A stretch of DNA of 64,000 nt from an uncultured delta proteobacterium (GCA_963712535.1 CAVQIK010000017.1:2451-66450), one strand, 5' to 3'. Positions 50,719 to 61,188 are shown, numbered from the stretch's first letter. Notes: generated from the sequence alone by a model not told the origin. Numbers and translations are program-made.

Positions 50719-51554
50719 TACACTGCCATCAGCAGCCCACCGTCCACGTTGATCGCCTGCCCGGTGATGTAGCCCGATTCCTTGGAGGCCAGATAGGCGG
50801 TGACGTCGGCGACGTCTGCGGGGGCGCCGATTTTCCCCTGAGGGACCTCGTTGGCCCAGAATTTTTCCCGCTCCTCAACCGTCTGGCGCAGGAACTTGGC
50901 TTCCATTTCAAAACGATAGACCTGCAGATCGGTCATGACAATCCCGGGACAGACGGCGTTCACCCGAATCCCCTGCCGGGCCAGTTCCAGGGCCATGACC
51001 TTGGTGAGCATGATCACTCCCGCTTTGGCGACGGCGTAGGCGCCGTTTGCCAGAGGGGGGGTCTTCCCGGCCCTAGAGGCAATGTTAACAATCGAGGCCG
51101 GCTTCCGGGTCATCAGCGGAAGGACAGCCCTGGACACGCGAAAGGTGCCGTGCAGATTCACGTCGATGGTCTTCATCCAGGCTTCTTCATCGTAGGCGTG
51201 GGCCGGGCTGGGGGCGCCGAAGGTCGCGCCGGCGTTGTTGACGAGCACATCCACCCGATCGAACCCGTCTTTTATTTTCGCGACCATCTCCCGGATGGAG
51301 TCGCCGCTGGTCACGTCCAGGTCCAGGGCGACCGCTTGAACCCGGTATTTATCCATGAGACCTCCGGCAATGCTCTCCATCTCCTGCCGCAGGCCCCTCC
51401 GGACGCCGCCCACCGCCTCGGGCCCCTTCCCCAGGTCGGCGATGATCACGTTCGCGCCGCATGAGGCGATCTTCTCGGCGATCGCAAAACCGATTCCGGT
51501 CCTCTTTCCCGCCCCAGTAATGAGGGCTGTGTTCTCTTTCAGGTCCTCATACAT
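50718..51554 (-). CDS. Short-chain dehydrogenase/reductase
   Basis: TGAG..GIG, NNAG, YAVAK. Confidence 0.92.
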   Translation of the reverse strand: MYEDLKENTALITGAGKRTGIGFAIAEKIASCGANVIIADLGKGPEAVGGVRRGLRQEMESIAGGLMDKYRVQAVALDLDVTSGDSIREMVAKIKDGFDRVDVLVNNAGATFGAPSPAHAYDEEAWMKTIDVNLHGTFRVSRAVLPLMTRKPASIVNIASRAGKTPPLANGAYAVAKAGVIMLTKVMALELARQGIRVNAVCPGIVMTDLQVYRFEMEAKFLRQTVEEREKFWANEVPQGKIGAPADVADVTAYLASKESGYITGQAINVDGGLLMAV

Positions 51555-51558
51555 GCTG

Positions 51559-51996
51559 TCATCCTTTTCTCGAAGCGGCGGGTTTCTCAAGGTAAACCTT
51601 CATCAGGATTTTTCCCCATCCCCCTTTGTCGAGGCCCACGTCCGCGCACTGGACGACGTGGAACCGTTCGAACCCCGGGTCGGATCCGTTCATCAGCCGC
51701 TCGGATATGGCCGGCAAAACGTGGCTGACCGGAACCAGGGCGGAGAGGCATATATTTCGGGGGCTCTCCTCCGTGAGCAGTTGGCCTCCGGGGGTGAGCA
51801 CGAAACGGTCGCCGACCTTGTGGCGGGCATGGCACCCGTGGGATTCGATCACCTCGGCGATGACCCGGCATTTGATGAACTCGGGGGTTCCGGTCACCAT
51901 CTTAACTTTCACGGGGTCGGACCGGAAAACTTTCATCTCTTCGTCCGTGTATCCCATGTGTATTTGAAACCTTCCCCAGATTTCATTCGTATCCAT
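51559..51996 (-). CDS. Small Cys-rich protein (TIGR04076-like)
   Basis: EVIESHGC..HKVGDRF..ICLSAL..QCADVG; RBS AGGAGG. Confidence 0.7.
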   Translation of the reverse strand: MDTNEIWGRFQIHMGYTDEEMKVFRSDPVKVKMVTGTPEFIKCRVIAEVIESHGCHARHKVGDRFVLTPGGQLLTEESPRNICLSALVPVSHVLPAISERLMNGSDPGFERFHVVQCADVGLDKGGWGKILMKVYLEKPAASRKG

Positions 51997-52233
51997 TTTC
52001 CATCCCTCCTTCGAAGGCTTTCGCTCGAACCGGCTTCCAATCCGCTCCATTCGGAATATATATAATTTCTCCTTTGCCGTCCAGGCGATTTTCTTAATGC
52101 CGTGGAACCTGGGGCGTGACTCCAGAAAACTAGGCGGATTCAGGGAAGGGGATTTTCCCAGTTGATCGCCGTCTTCTTTTGGGTTAGGCTATTCAAGAGA
52201 TTAAGCCAGATGCTGCGGGAGCCAGGAGGTAGG

Positions 52234-53458
52234 ATGTCGAAACCGATTGTCTCGATCGTGAAAGCGGGGGAGGATGTGGAGCTCGCCGTCCGGGAAGCCG
52301 TTGCCCTGGCCGGAGGCTTGGGGGATATCTTGACCTCCAGGTCGAGGGTATTGATTAAGCCCAACATTGCCTCGCGCGACCGGTCGGGAACGGGAAAGAT
52401 CACCGATGCCCGGGTGACCCGCGCCATCACTAAAATGGTGCTGGAATATAAACCCAAGAGCGTAACCATAGGAGAGGGCTCTGCCGTGGGCTTTGACTTT
52501 CCCGAGCTCCAGGATACGACTTCGGCTTTGGAAGAATCGGGGACCAAAGACGTTGCGGAGGAACTGGGGGTTCCGCTCGTCGATTTGAACACGGACGATC
52601 ACGAGGAGGTGGAGGTCTCCCAGTCCTCTGGTGATGAATTCTGTGAAGATCGCCCAGACGGTCCTGGACAGCAACGTGATCATCAGCGTGCCGGTATTGA
52701 AAACCCACATTCGGTCCGCCGTTACCCTCTCCCTGAAGAATATGAAGGGAGCGATGCCGGGGGAGGAGAAGAAGAAAACGCACCGGCTGGGGCTGGAAAT
52801 GGCCATCGCCGATTTGAACTCCGTCATCCGGCCTCATTTCGTAGTCGTCGATGCGCTGATGGGCATGGAGGGGCTTTGGGAATACCCGGACGATTGCGTG
52901 CCCATGGGTTTGATCGGGGCCGGGCGGGATCCCGTGGCCGTCGACGCGACCTTCGCCCGGGTGGCGGGAGTCAGCCCGGGCGAGATCTCGCACCTTCGGA
53001 ACTGCCAAAAGAAGGGGCTGGGGGTCTTCGACCCAGAGGAGATCGAAGTTGCGGGGGTACAGGTTTCCGAAGTGCGGCGCCCATTCCGCAGGGCTTTTGA
53101 GGTCCTGCAGAACCGCTACCCCGGGTTGAAGATCATGGCCGAGAAAGCCTGCACCGGGTGCACCAACGAATTCATCAGCACGCTGATTTATCTCCGCGAA
53201 GCACAACAGGTCGACAAGCTGAAGGATTTGACGGTCATCATGGGCGAGGGCGTGCAGAATCTCAAGGGCGGGAAAGCCGTTGTCCTCGGAACCTGCGGCC
53301 GCAACGGGAATGAAAATCTCCCCCATGTGCCCGGCTGCCCGCCGAGCCCGGACGACATCACCCAAAAAATCTGCCAGGTGTGCGATATCGATGTCCAGCT
53401 CGTCTTTGGGAAGCGGGATGAACTTCACCGCATGACCGCCGGGAAAGGGCTTCACTAG
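52234..53458 (+). CDS. DUF362 Fe-S protein (frameshift ~52625)
   Basis: VLIKPN, IGEGS, PVLKTH, LSLKNMKG, DPVAVD; C-terminal CTGC/GTC/GCPP. Confidence 0.85.
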
Positions 53459-53555
53459 CCCTGGGTTCCAATTCCGTGTGCCTTGACCGGAGGCAGCTTT
53501 CCGGGCGCACACGTTTTCTCCCGGGCTCCCGCCGGCCATTCGGAAATACCTCAGC

Positions 53556-54461
53556 ATGGAGAACCCGATTTACCCAAAGATTGCCGTGATCGTGAACTCC
53601 TCTTTGGGTTCGAAATCCTACCGAAATTTGAGCGCCGAAGGTCTTCGCGCGCTTCTTCCCAAAGACAAACCCATGGAAGTCACCATTGCGAACGGGAACG
53701 ATTTGAGGGAAATCACCCGGCGCCTGGCTTTATCCGGTGCCGACCGGATCGTGGCGGCCGGCGGAGACGGCACGGTCAGCGCCGTTGCCGGGGTCCTGGC
53801 CGGGAAAGACATCCCCATGGGCATCCTGCCGCTGGGCACCTTCAATCATTTCGCCCGGGATAATGGGATCCCTTTTGACTTGCCGTCGGCGATACGGACG
53901 GCGGCGGAAGGCCTGCCGCGCGCGGTCGACGTCGGGGAGGTAAACGGGCGCGTCTTCATCAACAGCTGCTCCGTGGGAATTTATCCGGCGGCGATCAAAC
54001 GGCGGGATGATTACATGAACCGCATGAGAGTGAGAAAACTCGTGGCCATGGCGCTCGGATTGGTCAGCGTCTTTCGCCGATTTTCCCCGTTTACGGTCAA
54101 ACTGGAGACGGAAACGGTAACGATCGAGCGAATCACTCCCTTCGTGTTCGTGGGAAACAACGCCTATTCTTTCGACCTGCTGAAACTGCTCCGGCGCTTC
54201 ACCCTCACCGGCGGGCAATTGGGCCTGTACACCTCCCATTGGAACGGAAGGTGGAGCATCCTCCGCCTCGCCTTAATGGCTATCCTCGGGCTTCTCCGGC
54301 AGGAGAAGGACTTTGAAATGTATGCCGCCGAGGAAGTCCGGCTGGAGACCCGCAGGACAAGGGTGAGGGTCGCCGCCGACGGCGAGATTTTTCACCTGGC
54401 CACCCCGCTGCATTTTCGAATCCGGCCCGGCGATCTCAAAGTCATCGTGCCTCCTGCCTGA
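53556..54461 (+). CDS. Diacylglycerol/sphingosine kinase family lipid kinase
   Basis: GGDGTV, LPLGTFNHFARD, VDVG, ADGE. Confidence 0.9.
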   Translation: MENPIYPKIAVIVNSSLGSKSYRNLSAEGLRALLPKDKPMEVTIANGNDLREITRRLALSGADRIVAAGGDGTVSAVAGVLAGKDIPMGILPLGTFNHFARDNGIPFDLPSAIRTAAEGLPRAVDVGEVNGRVFINSCSVGIYPAAIKRRDDYMNRMRVRKLVAMALGLVSVFRRFSPFTVKLETETVTIERITPFVFVGNNAYSFDLLKLLRRFTLTGGQLGLYTSHWNGRWSILRLALMAILGLLRQEKDFEMYAAEEVRLETRRTRVRVAADGEIFHLATPLHFRIRPGDLKVIVPPA

Positions 54462-54470
54462 GAAGGTATT

Positions 54471-54642
54471 CAACCGCAGAGAGCGCAGAGGACGCAGAGA
54501 AAGCATTTATATGACCGATGCGGGTAAAAGATCCCGTAAATACCCAGAAGAATCACTGCCATGATAGGGTTTTTTGTTTCCTGGATTCGGCGTGCTCTGC
54601 GCTCTCTGCGGTGAAGAAACGATCTGCGAAAATCTGCGTCCC
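54471..54642. repeat. CGCAGAG / CTCTGCG tandem-inverted REP-like element
   Basis: 3x CGCAGAG ... CTCTGCG x2, ATCTGCG x2. Confidence 0.7.
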
Positions 54643-54653
54643 AATCCAAATAA

Positions 54654-55461
54654 ATGAAAACCATCGCCCACCTTTCCGACCTGCACTTCGGCGCCGAGGA
54701 TGAGAAGATCGCCCAAGCTCTGAAGGAGGAAGTTCTGCGCTCCGGGCCCGATCTGCTTGTAATCAGCGGGGACCTTACCCAGCGGGGCCGAAAAGGACAG
54801 TTCGCGGCCGCGAAAGAATACCTGGGCGGATTTCCGTTTCCCCGATTGATCGTTCCCGGAAATCACGATCTTCCTCTGGTGAACCTATTCCGCCGAAGCT
54901 TGTCGCCCCTGGCGCGCTATCGCCGCTATATCAGCAACGAACTGGACCCATTTTACCGCGACGACGAAATCGCGGTCTGCGGGGTGACTTCGCCGAGGCG
55001 GCTAAGCTGGAAATCGGGCAGGGTCTCGCTGGAGCAGATGGAAGGGATGAGGGAAAAGCTGTGCCCGCTTCCGGGTTCCGTCTTCAAAATGGTCGCGACC
55101 CATCACCCTTTCATCCCGCCGCCCGAGGATGAAGGCGTCAAAAGTGATCGGCCGTTCCTGGAGGGCCCTGGAGGTGATGGAGGAATGCGGGGTGGAACTC
55201 GTGCTCACCGGTCATCTCCACCACGAGTATTCCGGGGACATCCGGCCTTACTACCCGCAGGCCCGCCGCTCGATCATCGTGGTCCAGGCGGGGACCTCCA
55301 TCTCGACGAGAACTCGAGAACACCCCAACGGCTATAACCTGGTCCTTGTTTCTTTGGACCGGATTGACATCCAGGTGCGGGGATGGGACGGGAGCCGTTT
55401 CGAGGACGGTTTGAAGACCTCGTATGTCAAGGAGGGCCAGGAGTGGAAGCGGATGAAGTAA
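54654..55461 (+). CDS. Calcineurin-like metallophosphoesterase (frameshift ~55143)
   Basis: SDLHFG, SGDLT, PGNHD, THHP, then LTGHLH in the next frame. Confidence 0.87.
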
Positions 55462-55522
55462 AGCGGGAATGCCTTTCCGGAGAAGCCCCTCATGGGCACG
55501 GGTCGGTCCAAGGGTGCTGGCA

Positions 55523-55726
55523 TCAAAAGGACTTTGACCAGAGGACTTGGAGCGCGCTCCCCGCCGTGCCGTCCCGAAGGAAACCTGTGTCCCAGGCGTA
55601 TTCGATATAAATTTGAGAGTTCCAGAAGAAACCGGTGGTCAGGCCGATGGATGCGGCCTGGCCCGTCTTGCTCACGAACCCGATCTGGTTTGACGCAACT
55701 ATGGTTTCGCGGTCGGCCCATCTCAT
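55523..55726 (-). pseudogene. Probable C-terminal fragment of an outer-membrane beta-barrel protein
   Basis: Amphipathic strands QIYIEYAWD...LQVLWSKSF with terminal Phe; too short for a complete barrel. Confidence 0.4.
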
Positions 55727-56487
55727 GGCACATGCCCGAAACCGAGCAGCTTGTCAATCCGGCTGAACACATAGGAAAACCCGTGAACACTGGATGTTTT
55801 GTTCCCTTCGATGGTGTACAGCCAGCCATCTTTTACTTGATGGACCAAACCCACATGTCCCAGCCACCCCTCCAACTTTTCCCGCCACCAGACCACAATA
55901 TCTCCTGGCTTTGGCTCGTATCCGCTGTTCGGCGGGTATGCAAAACCTTTCTCTTTGAACTCCTGCAAAAGCGCCCTGGCCCCCGGGCAATAGGCAAAGG
56001 GCATGCTGCCTTGATCTCCCCCACTTGCCTGGAGGTAACACCAGCTTACGAAAGAGGCGCACCATGAATTCCCCTCCGGAAGTCCAACGGGAGCCAGATA
56101 TTTTTTCACCCAGGGACCGCAGTTGTCTCCTCCTATCTCGCAGGCTCCGGCATTGAGCTCGCGGATTGCGGTTTTCAACGCAGCCCGTCCCAAGATGCTG
56201 CCCCCTAGTTCGGGAGCAGGCATCTTTCCGAAATCGATTGGGCCTGGTGAGACAATCACCGGTTTTGGATGGGAGAGGCTCCACCAGGTGAGCGGCCCCA
56301 CCTTTCCGTCCACGACCAGCGGCTGTGCATGATCGTCGAGGTTCTGGGCCTGGAAAGCACGCACTGCCCGGTATGTCTGCAGTTCGAACTTGCCATCGAT
56401 ATCTACCGGATAGCCCCGCTTCACCAAAAGCTTCTGGACTTCGCGCACATCCGATCCTCTATCACCCCGTTTCAGAGTTCCCTGCAT
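55723..56487 (-). CDS. Peptidoglycan-binding domain + CHAP amidase
   Basis: LKRGDRGSDVREVQ..DGKF..AVRAFQ..DGKVGPLTW; WCASFVSW, PKPGDIV, GHVGLV, TIEGN. Confidence 0.9.
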   Translation of the reverse strand: MQGTLKRGDRGSDVREVQKLLVKRGYPVDIDGKFELQTYRAVRAFQAQNLDDHAQPLVVDGKVGPLTWWSLSHPKPVIVSPGPIDFGKMPAPELGGSILGRAALKTAIRELNAGACEIGGDNCGPWVKKYLAPVGLPEGNSWCASFVSWCYLQASGGDQGSMPFAYCPGARALLQEFKEKGFAYPPNSGYEPKPGDIVVWWREKLEGWLGHVGLVHQVKDGWLYTIEGNKTSSVHGFSYVFSRIDKLLGFGHVP

Positions 56488-56545
56488 GATACCTTCCCTC
56501 CTGTAAAGAAAAATCCGGCGAGTTTGACTGGCGATTATTTTTTCT

Positions 56546-56855
56546 GGATCATCTCCAATTTAGTTGATCGAATTCTTCTTGAAAACCTAACAAGGGTTCG
56601 GAAGGAAAGGCAAATTCCGACACAAGCATTGGCGGGATAAAGCTTCGGTACCAAGGACCGAATGGCTCTCCGCGATGCGCAGCGGGGGCCTGAACGGGCC
56701 TGCTTCGAAGGACAGAAGAACATCCCCGCCAGAACCATGAACGGATAGGTGCGTCATGATTGTGGCGGAATTTGCCTTTCCTTCCGGACCCCTGGAACCC
56801 CAGCACAATTTACCAGTCCCGCCGTATTTTCCTTCAACTAAATTGGAGAGGATCC
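56546..56855 (-). mobile_element. MITE family A, copy 4 (reverse orientation)
   Basis: TIRs; flanks TTTTTTCT / TTTTTTCC (7/8); closest to copy 2. Confidence 0.87.
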
Positions 56856-56918
56856 TTTTTTCCTTGAGGGTCGCTAGTGTGGTGTTTCTGAGATACCTTT
56901 ACAATGGATCCGAAAGCT

Positions 56919-56990
56919 GTCATTCCTGCGAAAGTAGGAATACAGGATATTTAAAGGTATTTCTGGATTCCGGGTCAAGCCGGGAATGAC
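56919..56990. repeat. GTCATTCC..GGAATGAC double hairpin (dRS3-like REP)
   Basis: GTCATTCCTGCGAAAGTAGGAAT...ATTCCGGGTCAAGCCGGGAATGAC. Confidence 0.7.
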
Positions 56991-57099
56991 GATATGTAAA
57001 CCTTCGCTGAAACAATAGAGTAGCGCATTTCTGAAGCCTGCCTTTCACGACTGCGATCTATGTGCTGAGCAGCGCGCCCTTTCACGCGGGCTTGCCCTA

Positions 57100-60000
57100 C
57101 TAGGCGATGCTGGTCAGAGCCACGAAATCACCCAGGCTGAGCTCATCTTCCGCTTCCAAACGGCGAATCAGGTCCTCGCGCTTTGGGGAACGCTCACTTT
57201 CGGTGCCGGAGGCCAGGCACAACTGGACGACCTGGAGGGCGGCACGCCAAACTGCCGTCTGACCCATTGGACGGTATCCTCGATCGCCTTCCCGTCGAGG
57301 GGTAGAGTCATGTGCTGCTCATTAACCTCGGTGCTCTGCGCCAGGAGCTTGCCCCCATTCAATGCGCTGTTGGCTGAAACCGTGCCGTCACCCGCGACAC
57401 ACCTCGAGTAATCCACGGTCCCGTCCTCCTGTACTTCCACCGCGCCGATGGTTTTCCTCGACGTGCAGACAATTGCGCGGGTGCGTTCCAGCATGGCCTG
57501 AGGCAGAGAACGCTCAAGGGTCAGCGGCGAGGTCAGTCGAGCGTCTCCGGGTGAAAGGCGCGAGAGCGGCCCCGGTTCGAAGACGGCGGGGTTGAGGAGT
57601 TTCTCCTGATCGACGGGCAGCAGGTCAAACAATCCCCTGAAGGTCTGGACCGTGTTCAGGATTTCCCGCGGCGACTTATGCCGCAGAATGTTCAGGAGAC
57701 ATAATTCCCTTTTTTCACCGCGCAGGGCCTGGAGCGCGCAGCCGGACCCGAGGAACGGGGTCCCTAAAAAGACGAGGGCCTTGACGGCGTCGAGCGCAGA
57801 GGTCTTCGCACCTCCCAGCTTCGTGAGGGCATCGGCCGCCACGAGCCCGCCCATGGAGTGGGCCACAAGGGCGATTTCTATGCCGGGGTTTTCACGGGTG
57901 AGGGCTTCGATTCGGTCGGCCAGGCCCTTGCCCAGATAGCGTATGGGCTGGCGCCAATCATAAGGGGCGTATTCAACCACGGGCCCGAATTCGTGCATCA
58001 ACGCCAGGGCCATTCGATCGAAGATGAGAGGTATGACCCCATAGGCTTCAATCTTAACCGAGGCGTCCGCGTCCGGTATGCGTTCGGCAGAAGTGACCGG
58101 TTCCACGCCGGCTTTTCCTCTCCCAGCGTCCCGAGGCGTCTCCCATTTGAGTTTCAGCGCGTCGAAATCATCGCCGAAGACCAGATTCCAGGGATCGAGC
58201 CACACTGCCCCCAGATTGCCCGAGCGGTCGTGGAGAAGCGACCCCATGATGCCCGGCAAAATCAGAATGCGACGCTCTTTACCCGGGAATCCGCCGCTTT
58301 TTGTCTCTCGCCCAGACTCGAACCGTTCACGGAGAGAGTCGAACCTGTCCAGATGGTCCGACAGGGATGCAACCATATCCTCGCAAGGGCCAAGGACCTC
58401 GCCGCGCAGATGGTCCATCCAACCCTCGCTTGCTTCCGACCGCACGGCAGCCAGAACACGCCGGGCATTGAATCGGTCCAGGGCGGATACGGGTGTCGGT
58501 TTCGGAAGGCTATCGACAACACGGGCAGCGAATGGCACGAGAGGATAGACTCTCCCCAGAAAATTTCCCCATTCCGTTTCCCTCGCGAAGTCTAAACTCA
58601 TGTACAAGGCATCCTTGCCTCCGGCCTTCTGGGGATTGAAGTTCCCGGGTGCATAGATCGTAAGCCCGCTTGCGCTCCCGCACGAGGCAATCACAGCCTT
58701 CTTGAGAGCCTTCCGGGCGCTGTTCGCCTCCTTGGACCCCTTGTCTTTGGGGTCTGCCGCAGCTTCGAGGAAAGAACCGAGATCGCAGTAGCCTTCATCA
58801 GGCCTCGGGCTGCAATCGATGGCGCAGCGGCGCACACGATGATAGGCAGCCGGTTCGGCCACTGTCGACCACGCCCGGACAGTCTCGGCGAGCAGCGGAA
58901 TCTGTTCCAGATCGATTGCGCTCAAGGTCATTTCGTCTTTGTACAGCTTCTTGAACGAGCCGACGATGCTCTTGACGAGCTCCTGGGGCGTTGTTTCGGG
59001 ATGAATGGGAAGACCCTGGAAAGCACGGCTGTACCACCAGCCGTCGCCGGGCTCGGTCCTTTCGCTCCCCACGAGGATGTTGGCGGCTCCTTGGATCTGG
59101 TACGCAATTTCGATCATGGCCATGAGACAGGCGTCGAACCCCAGGATATCGATCTTTCGGCCGAGGATCTCTTTTATTTGCAGCAGGGCCTTGCGGAGCT
59201 CGGCGTTGTCAAGGAAGTCTCTGGAGGTATCATCGTAGCCGTAGCCTCGCGTTGGGCCCTGTTCGAGGATGGCCCGTCTCGTGCCGCTGAAGAAACCGAG
59301 CCGCCTTTGGGCGAGCCGGGCAGCCGTCCGGGGGCTCATCGATCCACGAGCGGTGCGATAAACATCTTGATCGTCGTGACCGCTGCCGTGGCCCCAGAGC
59401 ACCAGGGCGTTCCGCTCCGCAGGGAAGAGGTGGTGAGCCCATTTGCACGAAGTCGACGAGAGTTTTGGTGCTCCCCGTGTTGAGTTCGCCGTTGAACCGC
59501 TCGATCCGGTCCGCATCGAGATCTGTTTCCTTCAGGAGACGGTACCGGTAGCTCGCGTTCCCGGTGGCATCGTCCGTCTGCACAATGAAATGGACGGAAT
59601 CCGTCGAGCCGACCTGCTTCATTTCCATGAGATCCTGGGAGATGGCGTACTCAATGCCGCGGGGGTTACGGTCATCCCCTGCCATGTAGACGAGTATGGC
59701 CCATTTCGCCGGTTGGGGCAGCGGGCTCAGGGGCTTCAGCACCTCGAACCGCCGATGAGGATTGGCCGAATACCCGGGGCTTGTTGCGGCCATTTCTTTC
59801 ATTCTCGCAACCCGTCGGTTTTGGATCTGCTCCAGCACCCGGGACAGAACGACTTCCCGGTCCCAGCGCACAGGGTCCGGCTTCGGCTTAATGGTCTTAT
59901 ATTTTTTCCCCGCGGCCTTATAGTCGAGGATGCCATGATCGATGTCCCAGCCGCCGGGGTGAACCTCCTTACTGCGTTTTTCGAAAGGGCCCAGTCTTCC

Positions 60001-60585
60001 GTCCCCGTCATGATTCCGCAGCCGATCGAATCCATCCTGTCCCAGGGCATTCCGCACAGCGTCGAGCATGCGGCGGGCATACACATAGGAAAGGGCAACG
60101 TCGGCGGCTTCAAAGTCGGGATTATTTGCCGCAGAGGCGTGCTCGCCGTTGGTGATCCCTTTGTGCACCGCCAGGTCTTCGATACCGTGGAGCGCGTACC
60201 CCAGCCAGTAGAGGGACAGACGCACGTTCCCCATCTGCAGGGCGGACGTGCATTTCTGAAACTGGGCATGGACCCATTTCACGTAATCGTCGATGGCTTT
60301 ATTGATGATCGCGGTGCGTTTCGCCGTGTCCGTTCCGCAGAGATCCGCCTTATCAGGCGTCTGGGCATGGGCCGGAACGGTCTCGAAATCGTAGAAATCC
60401 GGGTCCTGAGCGGCGTCACAAAGGATATCGACTGACTGAGCCGAGAACCCCATTTCTTCTGTGATCTTGCCGGTAACCTCCCAGTGCCCGATGTGCCCGT
60501 AGGGCGGGTAAATACCGCCCGATGGGAGCCTCGTCCCCGGGGCAGACTTGACCTTGAAATTCCAGTCTTTCGGTGATTTTTGCAT
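57100..60585 (-). CDS. Multidomain protein: Zn-PLC/S1-P1-like domain + clostripain (C11) peptidase + alpha/beta-hydrolase lipase (two apparent frameshifts)
   Basis: N-terminal H..DPD..H..LGYALHGIEDLAVH; C11 motifs YMAGDD, NTG, WGHGSG, FDACLM, GSE; lipase motifs PGIMGS, YDWR, AHSMGG, GTPFLGS, GDGTV. A one-base shift at ~59443 joins ORFs 59230-60585 and 57168-59516; a second near 57230 extends the frame to TAG at 57100. Confidence 0.78.
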
Positions 60586-60831
60586 GGTTGCCCTCCATTT
60601 CCTATGGAATATTCCTGCCCCCCGGCCTCTCTGTCAATTCAGGGCTTTCCCCTCCTACCGCGGTTCCGAATGTTACGACTTTCGAAAATTACCATTCAAC
60701 TGCCGGGGGGACAACACTTATCTTCAACCGGCAGTACGCCACTTTCATAACTCAGGATCAGGAAACAACTTTGACATTGCGATGCGGGATCCGGAACCTA
60801 AAAGGATCTCGCTCCCATACATTCTTCGCGC

Positions 60832-60945
60832 AGACACCTGAAGCTGCGAGGAAGAACATTGAGAACCATCGACAGTCTGATCATCGCCTCAGGCATGGTC
60901 AACGGCGTAGAAAAAATCTTTTCCTAGGACGCCCATTTCCGCGCC
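60832..60945 (+). pseudogene. PIN/VapC toxin C-terminal remnant
   Basis: LRTIDSLIIASGMVNGVEKIFS*DAHF with an in-frame stop. Confidence 0.5.
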
Positions 60946-61188
60946 TCCATCCCGGCAGGGGTGTCTTTTTCCTTCGAATGGAATCCTGAGCGACCGCCCA
61001 TCTGATGAATGCTCCGAGGGATAAAGATTGCCTGGCAAGATATTGGAAAATTTAAGGACTACCCTGTGGATTCAAGGTGAACATTTAATTTCCAGGATCA
61101 GCCGCGGTAGAACGGAAAAGCGGCTCAGACTTATGCGTTCCAGAACCAATTTCCCCACCCGTGGTATTGGGCTAAGCTCACCAAAGCA

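Noticed and set aside
53556-55461. Lipid kinase + phosphoesterase as a certain part of the sphingoid cluster
   Set aside because: This pair is commonly linked on its own and lies on the opposite strand; kept only as weak support.
1462-59450. Many split genes (MIPS, radical SAM, histidine kinase, DppF, MFS, DUF362, phosphoesterase, fusion) as pseudogenes or programmed frameshifts
   Set aside because: Isolated one-base shifts, often in short homopolymers, in otherwise intact genes with no shared slippery motif; most simply explained as sequencing indels.
266-60435. Long antisense ORFs (e.g. 266-1519, 3425-4768, 7072-8520, 35107-36636, 59443-60435)
   Set aside because: Shadow ORFs opposite real GC-rich genes, with no recognisable motifs.
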